A stretch of 64,000 bases of DNA from positions 274,784,001 through 274,848,000 of the forward strand of contig OZ024743.1 of assembly GCA_964016885.1 (NCBI GenBank), in the 5' to 3' direction. The stretch's first letter is position 1; the number at the start of each line of letters is the position of its first letter. The translations under genes and the position numbers were made by a program. The notes under the pieces are model-generated. The model did not search any database. It was not told the origin of the DNA and saw nothing but the letters and a program-made list of their open reading frames with translations. Shown here one piece after another: positions 26,655 through 39,078 of the stretch. This DNA is from Eledone cirrhosa. Taxonomy: Eukaryota.

Positions 26655-27258
26655 GGTCACCAGTTGGTGCTACTGGTAACATGTATCCCAGTACAACCTG
26701 TCCCATGGTCGGGTCGTTGGCGACTAAACTGGCAACCCCACCAAGGTTTCTTAGTGAGGAGGGTAACTTTGGACATCCTGCAGGACTAAAAACAAAACCT
26801 GTCAAAGGGCAAAGGGGCTCTTAAGAGTCAATGGCCATCCAAAATCACTGGGAGAGATGACCCCTTAGCCTTTGTCAAGGCAGAATTCTAGGAGAAGGAA
26901 AACTCTGATATAACACCTGCAACCCTGATGATATCCAATGATGTTGACTTGTTCTTCTTTTTGGTAAATATCATCTTGGTTAAGAGAGTGGGAATGGCTT
27001 TGTGCAGTGCCTTTGCTCACTATAAAAGCTTCACGGCACAGGCATTGCTTTGTATCTGGAGATCTCTCTGCACTTGTCGTCACATGGTACCATGGGCCCA
27101 GCACTATGTGTCAATAATTGTCACAAGTGTAGTGTTTGTACCAAAGTTTTCAAGTCGCTGGCCGGACTGAAAAGTCACACTCGTTCAGCGCATCGGTAGG
27201 GGTTCTCCTACATGGATATAAAGTAGTGGCCGTACTCGAAAACGAGTTGGCAGCCACC
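26655..27258 (+). mobile_element. Apparently full-length (~600 bp) bipartite non-autonomous RTE derivative (5' region + 3' end)
   Basis: Starts immediately after (ATGT)n at 'ggtcaccag'; RTE-like 5' motifs; 3' C2H2-like HKCSVCTKVFKSLAGLKSHTRSAHR*; stem-loop; atgt tail. Confidence 0.78.
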
Positions 27259-27347
27259 ATGTATGTATAATATTTATATTAACAGTTTGATTTATCAGTT
27301 GTTTCACAGACGGGATGCTTCTAACTGTTTCAGATACTATTACTTAA

Positions 27348-27473
27348 GAGGGTCGGATGCTATGCTTTGCAGCATAGAGTTACGGTCCTTTACGGTCTGA
27401 GTTCAAATCCCGCAGATGTTAGCTTTGCTTTTCATCCTTACGGGGTCGATAAAATAAAGCACCAGTAATGCAC
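27348..27473 (+). mobile_element. S1 SINE fragment
   Basis: B box gagttcaaatcc and S1 body. Confidence 0.8.
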
Positions 27474-27848
27474 CAACACTACTACCACGTCCATTACAAC
27501 TACCACCACCTTCACCACTACCGCCCACTATTTCACAGCCTCACCTTAACTTCCACCATCACCATCATCACCATCATCACTGCCATGAATAAAATACACA
27601 CATAAACTAACAGCAGTGAAGCTGTTTGGTGAAATGGAAACAAGTTCACCAGATATGCATCGTTGGTGCAAATCAGGATTTTGTGGATGATAAGCGTCTT
27701 TGTGAAAGCAGAAATGTCCCTACTGTAAAGCAAACATTTTGTATAGAAATATTTCGTAACTCAAGCTCTTCTGTTAGATTTCCATGTAAGAGGTAGAATA
27801 GAATGTCGTATTATGAAAGAATGAGTCCTTCATATGTAAACATAGACG

Positions 27849-28165
27849 TCTTCTTCTTCTTCACCCTCCTGAGGGAGAAGAGTACTGAAATACCCCTTCC
27901 AGAAGCAACCGTTTCCAATTGATCCGGCTAGATCACCAAGCGAGACCAGCCGACCACATGAATGTTATCCAACCATCTTGTTCGGGGTCTTCCCCTGGGT
28001 CTCCTGCCAGTTGGTTTGGCCGTAAAATATGCCTAGCCATTATTTCTTGAGGCATTCTACCCCCATGCCCTTAATATCAGGGCTGTTATCTCTCAAATCG
28101 GAGAAGTAGCTGGTCTACCTGGAGCGAATCTCGGACCTCCGAGCTACGCACTCTATTGAGTAATG
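27849..28165 (-). mobile_element. RTE-clade LINE 3' end
   Basis: Minus strand LLNRVRSSEVRDSL...PTGRRPRGRPRTRWLDNI followed by a (GAA)n tail. Confidence 0.8.
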
Positions 28166-28519
28166 TCTGACCGCCATACCAACAGAAATATCACCCACTC
28201 CTCGATCGGCACTTCCATACCACTACCATCACTCCACTCAGACCTGTCTTCCACTCCTTCGCTCCCCCTCCCCCTCTCTTTCCGCTTACTTCCTCTCCTC
28301 TCCTCATCTATTTCCTACTACTTCATCTCTACCTCCATCCTGCTCATCCTTCACCCATTTCCTCCTACTTCCTTCGTCAATCAGTCCCCTCCTCTCCTTC
28401 ATCTCCCCCCACTCCCTTACCGACACTACATATCCCTGCATTTACCAATCTCACATCCATTTAAACACATAAAATGATCCTTAAATGAAGCGTTCGACAA
28501 TCTTTCACACTCATTTCAT

Positions 28520-28759
28520 CCACTTCACCACTTCATCTACATCTTCACCAGATCCACCATCACCACCACCACCACCACCACCACCACCACCAACACCACC
28601 ACCAACACCACCACCACCAATACCACCACTAACACCACCACCATCACCACCACCACCAACACCAACACCACCACCAACACCACCACCAACACCACCAACA
28701 CCACCACTAACACCACCACCATCACCAAAACACCACCACCATCACTACTACTACTACTC

Positions 28760-28803
<44 letters not shown>

Positions 28804-30280
28804 GCTTCTGCTGCTGCTGCTACTACTACTGCTGCTACTACTACCGCAGCTACTACTCCTACTACTACTACTACTGCTGCTACTACTACTACTACTGCTA
28901 CTACTACTAATACTGATGCTGATGCTGCTACTACTACTCCTACTTCTACTACTACTACTACTGATGCTACTGCTTCTACTGATGCTACTACTACTACTGC
29001 TGTTGCTTCTAATGATGATGGTGCTGCTGCAGTTTGTAGTGCAACTGCTGCTGTTACCTCCATCACCATCACCATCATTAACATTACCACCAGCGTCATC
29101 TCAATCACCACCAACACCACCGCCATTAACACTATCACCGCTACGACCACCACCACTAACAACACCAATATAATCCCCAGCACCAACACCACCACCAACA
29201 CCAGCACCAACACCACCAACACCCCCACCACCCCCACCACCACCACCAACACCACAACCACCAACACCAACACCACCACCAACATCACAACTACCAACAC
29301 CAACACCACCAACAATAACAACAACAACACCACCACCAACACCACGACCAACACCAACACCATCACCACCACCACCACCACCACCACCAACACCACCACC
29401 ACCACCACCAACACCACAACCACCAACACCAACACCACCACCAACACCACAACTACCAACACCAACACCACCACCACCACCAACAACAATAACAACAACA
29501 ACACCACCACCAACACCACGACCAACACCAACACCAACACCATCACCACCACCACCACCACCAACACCACCACTACCACCACCACCACCACCACAATTAC
29601 CACCAACAACAACACTACCATCAACACTACAATCAACACTACCACTACCACTACACCACTAACAACACCAATATAATCCACACCACAACCTCCAACACCA
29701 CCAACACCACCACAACCACCAACACCACAACTACCAGCACCAACACCACCACTAAACCCACTACCATCACCAACACCAACACCAACACCAACACCAACAC
29801 CACCACCACCATAATCACCACCAACACCACCACCAACACCAACACCAACACCAACACCACCACCACCACCACCACCACCACCACCAACACTAACACCACC
29901 ACTACCACCACCACTACCACAATTACTAACAACAACAACACTACCATCAACACTACCACTACCACTACCACCACTAACAATACCAATATAATCCACACCA
30001 CAACCTCCAACACCACCAACACCACCAACACCACCAACACCAACACCAACACCACAACCACCAACACCAACGCCACCACAACCACAACCACCACCATCAC
30101 CACCACCACCACCACAACCACAACCACCACAACCACCACAACCACCAACACCACCACAACCACAACCACCACCATCACCACCACCACAACCACCACAACC
30201 ACCACCACCACAACTACCAACAACAACACTACCACCACGAACAACACCAACATCCCCACTACCACCAATACAGCTACCAT
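28520..30280. repeat. (ACC/AAC/TAC)n low-complexity region with internal duplications
   Basis: Directly visible; anchor 'ccaatataatcc' recurs at ~29165, 29668 and 29983. Confidence 0.95.
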
Positions 30281-30480
30281 TGGTTCTTTTCTTCTTACGT
30301 CTTCCTTCCGCTTTTTTTTTTCGTCTCTTCGATTTTCAGGGGTTTCTATTTCCTTCCTCACTTATCTCTGTGCCTCTCCATCTCTCTTTCACACAGATAT
30401 ACACACACACCTACATATATTCACACACATCCATACTTACGCAAAAACATCATACCACATAAGTGTGGATGTGTGTGTGC

Positions 30481-30524
<44 letters not shown>

Positions 30525-30526
<2 letters not shown>

Positions 30527-31055
30527 GATATTAAATAAATGGAAACTATATTTATAAAACCATATTTATTTCATTTCAAATCTATTTATCTATAAAACTG
30601 TCTATATTGTATTTTGTCTGAAGAAGGCATAACATATTGTTAATATGATATCCCTGAAATATATATAATTGTTTCTACTTTAGGCACAAGGCCAGCAATT
30701 ACCCAGTGCATTACTGGTACTTTATTTCATCCTTACGGGGTCGATAAAATAAAGTACCAGTAATGCACTGGGTAATTGCTGGCCTTGTGCCTAAAGTAGA
30801 AACAATTATATATATTTCAGGGATATCATATTAACAATATGTTATGCCTTCTTCAGACAAAATACAATATAGACAGTTTTATAGATAAATAGATTTGACA
30901 TACCGTTCAACATCGACTTGTATTTGAAAACTGTCTATATTGTATTTTGTCTGAAGAAGGCATAACATATTGTTAATATGATATCCCTGAAATATATATA
31001 GTGAAATAAATATGGTTTTATAAATATAGTTTCCATTTATTTAATATCGTATATA
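30525..31055. mobile_element. Nested fold-back structure: hammerhead-containing element plus S1 SINE
   Basis: Perfect 152-bp inverted arms 30576-30727 / 30747-30898 (19-bp spacer) inside outer inverted arms 30525-30573 / 31002-31050. Confidence 0.88.
30943..31008 (+). ncRNA. Minimal type-I hammerhead ribozyme (3'-truncated twins at 30610-30667 + and ~30807-30864 -)
   Basis: Stem I tattttgt/gtgaaata (three G-U), CUGAAGA 30951-30957, 14-position stem II with two mismatches, GAAA 30989-30992, palindromic tatata, AUA cleavage after 31000. Confidence 0.72.
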
Positions 31056-31095
31056 TATATATATAAAATATATATATATACATATACATACATAT

Positions 31096-31156
<61 letters not shown>

Positions 31157-31157
<1 letters not shown>

Positions 31158-31886
31158 TAGAATTGGTGCTCTGAAATAGCGATGTATACATGAATGTATA
31201 TATAGTATATTTTGCAATATACTGTATGCTTAATTAAAAGCATTTTGAAGACCCCGCGCTATTGTTTTAAAGTAGTGACTATGTCACTTACTTCTTTTTT
31301 CAACAAACAATGGGAGATAAGCTGACAAATCTGTTTCATACTGTTGGTACTCCCCAGAGCTTAGCACTCGCTTTGTCTGTTGAAAATTATAAATGTTGGA
31401 TTCTTATAGAATTCCAGTAATAATCAGGAACTGATTATACAGAGCGATTGCCGGTCCAGCAAAAATTGAAATTTAGAATTGGTGCTCTGAAATAGTGATG
31501 TATACATGAATGTGTATATAGTATATTTGGCAATATACTATATGCTTAATTAAAAGCATTTTGAAGATTTGCGCTATTATTTTAAATATATGCTATTTTC
31601 AAAAATACACAGTGACTGATCGGCCGGATTTGCATCATAGCAGACTGGCTGATCAGTCAGATCTGCATATATTTTCACTAGCTCTGAAAGTGTGCTGGGT
31701 GAACAGTGAGCTGTACTGATGAAGAGTAATTCCCAGAAACATTAGTGTCTGCAGTTCTGTTCGCATGCCAACACAAGAGCAAGAATGAAGTGTTCATTCT
31801 ACTAACATGGCTATAAAATTGTGGCTTGTTTGCATAATTGCAAACGAATCGAATGTTATTATTAATATTTGAAAAACTCAGATTAC

Positions 31887-31890
<4 letters not shown>
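31157..31890 (+). mobile_element. Non-coding hammerhead-containing element (Penelope pLTR-like) with 115-bp direct repeats
   Basis: Direct repeats 31157-31271 and 31473-31586; 31671-31890 is homologous to 47720-47940; flanked by (TA)n. Confidence 0.65.
31708..31757 (+). ncRNA. Minimal hammerhead ribozyme (weak stem II)
   Basis: gagctgta-CUGAUGA-agagtaattccca-GAAA-cattagtg-UC-tgcagttc; GUC cleavage after 31749. Confidence 0.68.
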
Positions 31891-31917
<27 letters not shown>

Positions 31918-31994
31918 CAAATAAAATGTAGAGTCAATAACTTATATTGATACCCTGTAATTATTACTACATATACTATATATATATACATATA

Positions 31995-32088
<94 letters not shown>

Positions 32089-32278
32089 CAATTACTCTCT
32101 CTCTATTCTTCCTCTATTAGCCTCCCCATTTGGTCACTCTCCTGTCTCCTTCCTTTATTTAAGCTATTTGCGGTTCTTTTCCATCGGCCTATATTGAAAA
32201 GTTGGTCCTCCAGACCAATGAAACGTATGTTCCTGGTATGAGACTGGTTGTAGAGACTGGCCTTAATAATCATTGTTA

Positions 32279-32620
32279 GGTCAGGTTTCTACCTGCCACT
32301 GGTACAATGTAACCCAGTACAACCTACTTCATGGTCGGGGACTAAACTACCCCCCCCCCTATAAGACCCTGGTCTTGTCTGGCGAGGAAGGTATGTGGAA
32401 CCCCAGCAGCACAAAAAACAAGAGCTGTTAAAAGGGCGAATGAACTCCTCAGAGTCAACGGCCATCCACCCCCAACTGTGGGTTAAATAGCCTCACCAAC
32501 TCGCAATTGGCCAAGCGTGGTGAATACTACTACACATCTGACATGGCCAAAACCAAACAGAAAGCTGCGGAGGTCAACCAGGAAGGGGTTCCTCCAACAG
32601 GAGTGAGAATGCCCTGGATT
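32279..32620 (+). mobile_element. RTE-type 5' region fragment related to the 26655 element
   Basis: Shares 'ggtca...actggta..atgta.cccagtacaacct...catggtcggg...gactaaact' and 'agagtcaa.ggccatcca'. Confidence 0.65.
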
Positions 32621-32749
32621 GGATCGGATTGGGTTTGATATATATAAATACTTTAAACAACAGTACCTGTCTCTATTCTCCAGACGAGCTACCATTTGTC
32701 TCTGTGTATGAACGTCAGATATAATGGTTTGCTTTATTCGTACTACCTC

Positions 32750-33100
<351 letters not shown>

Positions 33101-33394
33101 GCGCCCTTGTGACTCTATCTGGAGTTACGTGTCTACATTCAGTGACCATTTGTTGTTCCATATAACACATAGGTTTGAATCCAGTCAAAGCTCAGTACTC
33201 TTTATTGTATTTATGAAAAAATAATCTAAGATTATCATTGTAAATATCATTTTACTGTTTGTCGCTGATGAGACCTTGTTACATGGTAGAATAATTCAAC
33301 CGCAATCATATTATATCCATCCTTCCCTGTTTGAAAGAACTTGTTGTATATATGTATATATCTGTGACAACAGTGTAGTCGTTGATACCTCATC

Positions 33395-33642
33395 CTGATA
33401 TACGGCGTATCTGGGCATTTTTTTTTATTTAGCGGAGCCCATGCCCCTCCATGTGTAAACACGATTTCTGCCAGAGACGGATAGTAAAAAAGAAAAAAGA
33501 ATCAACCTTAGTAGTGGGCCTGGTAGCTTTTTTAGTGACTTCAAAAGGATGAAATGCAAAGTTGACAAGGGCGGGATTTGAACTCAGAGAGCCAGAATGA
33601 ATACCGTAAAGCCTTCTATCCAACGTTCTAACAACTGCCAAT
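33395..33642 (-). mobile_element. Degenerate long-tailed S1-related SINE
   Basis: 'aaggatgaaatgcaaagttgac...ggatttgaactcagag' and tail matching 18265-18350. Confidence 0.6.
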
Positions 33643-33772
33643 AAACCATCTCTGTAGAATTTAAGTGTTACTAAGCGCGTCCAACTTGGTGGATGAAGAT
33701 ATATCGTTGCTCCTTTCCTGATTGGCATTGTCCATAGAAAATTGAATATCATGGGTGTATATATATATACAT

Positions 33773-33806
<34 letters not shown>

Positions 33807-34592
33807 CGACAATAAATATATGAAATATAAATATTACTACATAAGTTTAAAAAATGAAAATATAAATGAAAATAATATATATATATATATATATATATAT
33901 TCATTTATATTTGCGTTTTTTTTAACTATGTAGTAATATTGATATTTCATATATTTATTTTCGATTTTTTAACATCTTGCCATTTATTATTTTTCATTTT
34001 TTTTTTTTTTTTTGTTCTAAAGTATTTTGGCAATTTTATTTAGCCGGATGTGGGAGAACACCTCGAAGTATCCGTATTTGGCTCTAAATAAGCCTTGATT
34101 AAATAAAAATGGTAGATAGTGCTATACAATAGGAAATCTGGAATGATTACCCTACCTCTTAGTTGACTTTCTATACGCTCGTTTATTTCTTCTCTACTTT
34201 TTCCTATCTTTATTTATAACCTGCTTCACCCCATTTCTTATTTTTCCTTCAAACTTTTTCTTCCAAACGCCACGTGTAGTCGTGCCAACATTTGATTACA
34301 CGTACCACTATATCTGTATGTAGTATGTAGTATGTAGTATGTAGTATGTACTTGCAGTTATATATATATATATATTAAAATAACAGATTAAAGTTTAAGC
34401 AAAGAATCGCTGCTTTCACTCTTAACGGGATCTTCTGAAACTAAAAAAATCAATCTGTGAACGCAGAAGTAAATATTTCAAAAACCGTTGCAACCGAAGG
34501 AAGACAGGAAGACGATACTTTGGTTCGTGGAAACGTTCCCTGGCAAAGAACGAAAAAAAAACGAAGATAATACGTCATTATTTGGAGCGGGG

Positions 34593-34709
34593 TGAGTTCA
34601 AATCCCGTCGAGGTTAACTTTACCTTTCATCCTTACGGGGTCGATAAAATAAAGTACCAGTAATGTACTGGGTAATTGCTGGCCTTGTGCCTAAAGTAGA
34701 AACAATTAT
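34593..34709 (+). mobile_element. 5'-truncated S1 SINE with 11-bp TSD
   Basis: TSD attatttggag at 34577-34587 and 34705-34715. Confidence 0.88.
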
Positions 34710-34910
34710 TTGGAGTGGTGAAAATAATTACACGCAAAGACAAAACCACGTTTATGGTATAAATGAAGTCGTAGACTAATATTCTATTAGGTGGTTCGTG
34801 GAGACGTTCTCTGGCAATGAACGGAAAAAACGAAGATAATACGTCATTAAGTGGATCGGTGAGAACAATTACACGCAACGACAAAACCACGTATATGGTA
34901 TAACTGAAGC

Positions 34911-35329
34911 AGCCTGGTGCAGTCTGCGACTGACCAAGGTTCTGCTGCACGTCGGCATGAGAGGGCCAAACCTCTCAAATACCGGTCGCTCTCCGACAGG
35001 TTTGCTGTCGTACCCCTGTCAGTGGAGACTTCTGGTGTCCTCGGCCCCAGGGCTACCTCCTTATTCACCACCATAGGCGCTGAGCTGGCCAGCCGCAGGT
35101 GTGAGCCCCGCGAGATGGAGTGGCTTACCCAGCGCGTCTCCCTTGCCGTCCTCCTGGGAAACGCCTTCTCCATTCTGTCCGCCGGGGATGTGGGTGGGCC
35201 CCATCGCGTACCAATACATTAGTTAAATACTATTCTTTCATCTGATATAACACCAATATATATTTTACTGTTATTCAACTATGTCCGTAATAAACGAGCC
35301 AGTGAATTCTTAAAAAAAAAAAAAAAAAA
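34911..35329 (+). mobile_element. CRE-clade non-LTR retrotransposon 3' end with poly(A)
   Basis: GC-rich ORF 34917-35222 with AARRHERAK.LKY, VPLSVETSGVLG and QRVSLAVLLGNA, the typical CRE C-terminal RLE signature; A-tail 35312-35329. Confidence 0.85.
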
Positions 35330-36026
35330 GTCGTAGACTAAAATTCTATTTAGGAAACCGAATGATTCTCGGCTTCAGAGTTAAGAATAAAGTAAATAAA
35401 TTACAGAGGTAATTGAAATTAAATATATACATGCAAGCATCCATATACGTACATACGCAAAAATACGCGAAAACACCCAGCATGGGTATGCAAATACAAG
35501 CACGTACACAAAAAACACACGCACATACAGAACCCACGCAACGCCTGTACCCGCACAGATACGAGCGTATACACATAAAAATATATATAAAGAAAATATG
35601 TATATATAAGTGTGTGTGTGTGCGTGTATACATATAAATATATAAACGTATATAAATATACACACATAAATACGTATATAACGTGCGCGCGCGCACATAC
35701 CTACATGTAAATACACATAACTTCCTTCGGTTGCAACGTTTTTCGAAATATTAACTTCTGCGTTCACAGATTGATTTTTTTAGTTTCAGAAGATCCCGTT
35801 AAGGGTGAAAGTAGCGATTCTTTGCTTAAACTTTAATGTTATTTTAATAAATATTTGCTCTACGGTTTTTATATATTTGATATATATTTATCCTTATCGG
35901 GCCCTCTTTGGATTTTAGTGATCCTGGTCTGAAGTTCGATCCTGGTTGGGAGAAAGGTTCTCGGCAAACTTTTTCAGATATTTTTCTATTGGTTGTAAAA
36001 TAAAAACTGAAAAAGGTTACATCTAC

Positions 36027-36097
36027 CTCTTGACTAGGATTGAACCCAAGACCAGGATCTCCACCGTCTCTAGTACCTACCGCTAGGCAACAGAGAC
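36027..36097 (-). other. tRNA-like Pol III head (SINE/pseudo-tRNA), with an inverted partial copy at 35920-35952
   Basis: Minus strand A-box-like ttgcctagcgg and B box ggttcaatcc; no convincing cloverleaf. Confidence 0.4.
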
Positions 36098-36339
36098 AAC
36101 TACGAAAGCTTTATGAAAATTCATACTTATAAACCTACTTTCAAAATTTTCAAACGAAAGTGCCGTTCATGTCTTTCTTAATGTTATTGCTCCTACTTAA
36201 GGTCGACTTCTAAATCATTTGGGTATTCCATAAACTACATCCTCGTTTTGTTTCACATCTATCTAGACTATATTTTAACCTGTAATCCATGTTTCATTTC
36301 TGTTGCACCTCACCCCCACACGCACCCACACCCACCCAC

Positions 36340-36416
<77 letters not shown>

Positions 36417-36522
36417 TGGGATATTTGAATCTTCTATGATTTGGGCTTACCTTATTCCTATATATATGTTTTTGCATGTCAGATTCAAACTTACAATGAT
36501 TGGCATTATATATATATATATA

Positions 36523-37464
36523 CAGTGGCGGACTAGGTCTAAAAATATTGGTTGCCAGATGAAGGGGGCCCACCTACATATAGAATGCTATCATTTAATT
36601 TTTATAGTGAATAAATAACATTTTCAAAATATACATAAGTGGAAACAAAACAATGCAATAAAATTTTTGCGGAAAAATATCTTACTTTCTCCGATAAAAA
36701 ATATGTATTTTGCGAAATCCAAAGACTTTCAATCATGACTTTTGGTCTTTCACACTCACTCAATATATGTGAGTGTGTGTGTATGGTTGTGTGTGTGTGT
36801 GTGTGTGTGTGTACACGACCTTCACCACTAATTGATACCAAATATTATTTGGTCAGTAGTTCGTGTGTAAGTATATAAATATATATATGCTTGTGTGTCT
36901 GTGTCTATATATGTATGTGTGCATGCATGAATGAATACACTAAGCTTTAGATTTAGTAGACAGTACAACCACTGATTCCACCTATTTGCACTATCAGTTC
37001 GGTTATTGACATTTTTTTTTTCCTCTAAATATATTGGCTTTGTCTTTAATGAACAAAACATATAATTGTAACGTGTTTAGTTGTTGTCTTTCTGTTTCTT
37101 CTACAACAACTAAAACGGCCGCGATGGGGCCCACCCACAGCCCCGGCGGACAGAATTGAGAAGGCGTTTCCCCGGAGGGCGGCAAGGGAGGCGCGTTGGA
37201 AAAGCCACTCCAACTCGCGGGGCTCCGGTTTATAGTAATTCCCTGGGGAATTGGTTGACCAAATGCTTTGCTTAATTGTTTTTTTTTTGTTTTGTTTTTT
37301 ATTCTTTCTCTTAGATTTCAGGTATTTTTTGAAAGCAAAGCATTGGCCCCTAAAATACTACAGTGGGCCCTGCAATGCTACTGTGGGCTCTTGCAATACT
37401 ACCATGGGGCCCCTGGGGCCCACTTGCCATTGGCCAACCTGGCAACCTGGCCAGTCCGCCACTG
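36523..37464. mobile_element. Non-autonomous hAT-like DNA transposon
   Basis: TIRs cagtggcggact / agtccgccactg; subterminal gggccc repeats; TSD not clean (TA-rich flanks). Confidence 0.75.
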
Positions 37465-37735
37465 TATATCAGGATAGAACCAGTTTGAAAATAGCTACAC
37501 TATTTCTCAACAGAGTACACTACACTAAGTAGAATATGACTAAATTAATAGTCTGGAACTAGCTGTTGAATTGGCATATAAGAGAGATAGTACATGGTAT
37601 TGGGGAAGAGATGCCGAAGAAAGGCCGTACTCTAAACATTAACTTCCGTCACATCATGACACATCAGTAACACTTTACTATTAATTCTATTCATACATTC
37701 TAGTTTAATGACAGATACCATCACTTCCGAGTATC

Positions 37736-37833
<98 letters not shown>

Positions 37834-37858
37834 TGTATGTATGTATGTATGCCACCTG

Positions 37859-37980
<122 letters not shown>

Positions 37981-38105
37981 TATATATATATGTATATATG
38001 CATATATATATATATATACACATGTATGTATACATATATATATGACATCTCTCTCGCCCTCTCTCTATCTCTCTCTCTCTCTCTTTATATATCTGTATAT
38101 ATATA

Positions 38106-38154
<49 letters not shown>

Positions 38155-38663
38155 CCCCTGTCTATATATCTCTATAGCTGACGTTGCCCTACCCTCGGCC
38201 TTATTCACACATCCACAAGAATTATATATCGATAATTGAGGCAGATTGTTCTCGTTCCGTGCATGAATAATTCCCCGCCACTTCACCAACATAGCCAAGT
38301 AAGTTGAAGTAATAAAGTAATACACACAACCATCGTAATAAAACAAGCAATAGCAAACACGAACAACGAAGCTTATCAATGTCTCTAAAATGGCATCCAA
38401 CACCAACTACAGCAGCAGCAGCAGCAGCAGCAGCATCAAAAACAACAACACAAACAATAACGACAGCAGTTAATGAATAGACAAATAAGGTAGATAAAAG
38501 TTTATAATGTGCTAATGTGTAAAAGTGAGAAGCGTGAGTGATAGCGCGGAAATTCTTTTATGAATATGGAGAAGATATTGATAGATAAAAACGTGAGTGT
38601 CTGTATGTATGTATATGACTAAGCATATGTTTATGCATATGTAAATGTATGTATGTATGTATA

Positions 38664-38728
<65 letters not shown>

Positions 38729-38730
38729 TA

Positions 38731-38815
<85 letters not shown>

Positions 38816-39047
38816 TATATACTGTATATATATATATATATATTAATATATAACTGCACCAAATTAACTGTCTCTAATACAGTTTATTTCATATACATAT
38901 ATATGTACAAATACACATAGATTGTTCTATATAAACACATAAATATGCATACATATAAACACATATATTATACTATATATATTTATACATACATACATTC
39001 ATACATACATCCATCCATCCATCCCCATACATACATACATACATACA

Positions 39048-39078
<31 letters not shown>

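Larger units (their letters stand above)
34372..35850. mobile_element. ~1.5 kb element bounded by ~130-bp inverted repeats, with nested SINE and CRE insertions
   Basis: 34372-34503 is the reverse complement of 35721-35850. An internal ~140-bp unit is duplicated (from 34524 and 34795). Confidence 0.8.

Noticed and set aside
28485-30361. Pro/Thr/Val/Gly-rich ORFs (extensin- or mucin-like)
   Set aside because: (ACC)n low-complexity DNA; no support for coding.
33258-33300. CUGAUGA-gacc...ggta-GAAU motif
   Set aside because: No GAAA and no stems I or III.
38065-38406. 113-aa minus-strand ORF of ordinary composition
   Set aside because: No recognisable motifs; begins and ends in microsatellites.
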